The notes under the pieces: generated by a model
Seen by the model: the letters and a program-made list of their open reading frames with translations, nothing else
Databases searched by the model: none
Told to the model about the DNA's origin: nothing
Made by a program: the position numbers and the translations under genes
Part shown: piece by piece, positions 33,136 through 33,178 of the stretch
Layout of the letters: each line of letters opens with the position of its first letter
How positions within the stretch are numbered: position 1 is the stretch's first letter
IMG/VR virus record: IMGVR_UViG_3300032335_000836
Location: 1 to 33,178 of that record
DNA from: a virus
Lineage: Duplodnaviria; Caudoviricetes
Length of the DNA: 33,178 nt
Strand: one strand, 5' to 3'

Positions 33136-33178
33136 CCTTGCCTCCGTAGCGATACGTCTGAGCGTGTGGGGAGAGAGA

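Larger units (their letters stand above)
1..33178 (-). mobile_element. Near-complete small myovirus-type actinobacteriophage genome
   Basis: Full packaging, head, contractile tail, lysis, recombination and replication gene sets. No host genes. Window ends fall between HNH and terS. Confidence 0.9.

Noticed and set aside
1-33178. tRNA genes or a tRNA-derived attP core
   Set aside because: No cloverleaf or GGTTCGAnTCC-like T-arm found in the intergenic regions by eye. tRNAscan-SE/ARAGORN would be decisive.

Overview
The window reads as an essentially complete ~33.2 kb, high-GC tailed phage genome of an Actinobacterium (WhiB gene, actinophage-type SSB/RusA/RecT, M15 endolysin). It is linearised between the HNH gene (left end) and terS (right end), and almost all genes are on the minus strand. 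Reading right to left: terS/terL, HK97-type portal, fused prohead protease-major capsid, a glycosyltransferase, head-tail joining genes, a contractile tail (sheath, tube, chaperone with a -1 frame extension, tape measure, hub, spike, wedge), fibre genes, a 2 kb accessory island of very small genes, the lysis cassette, a metallophosphoesterase module, a divergent control region, then an early operon (RecT, lytic transglycosylase, minimal tyrosine recombinase, RusA, WhiB, SSB, replication initiator with iterons), a Zn/HTH regulator and HNH. Most notable: (i) three same-register promoter-like elements in the accessory island carrying GTGTC/GACAC-like boxes, possibly read by host WhiA plus phage WhiB; (ii) an initiator gene split inside its iteron array, with a perfect Shine-Dalgarno at the break; (iii) an arm-less tyrosine recombinase embedded in the early operon with no visible attP or repressor; (iv) a non-canonical chaperone frameshift; (v) apparent avoidance of YTCGAR. 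All family assignments come from motif recognition by eye, not from database searches.
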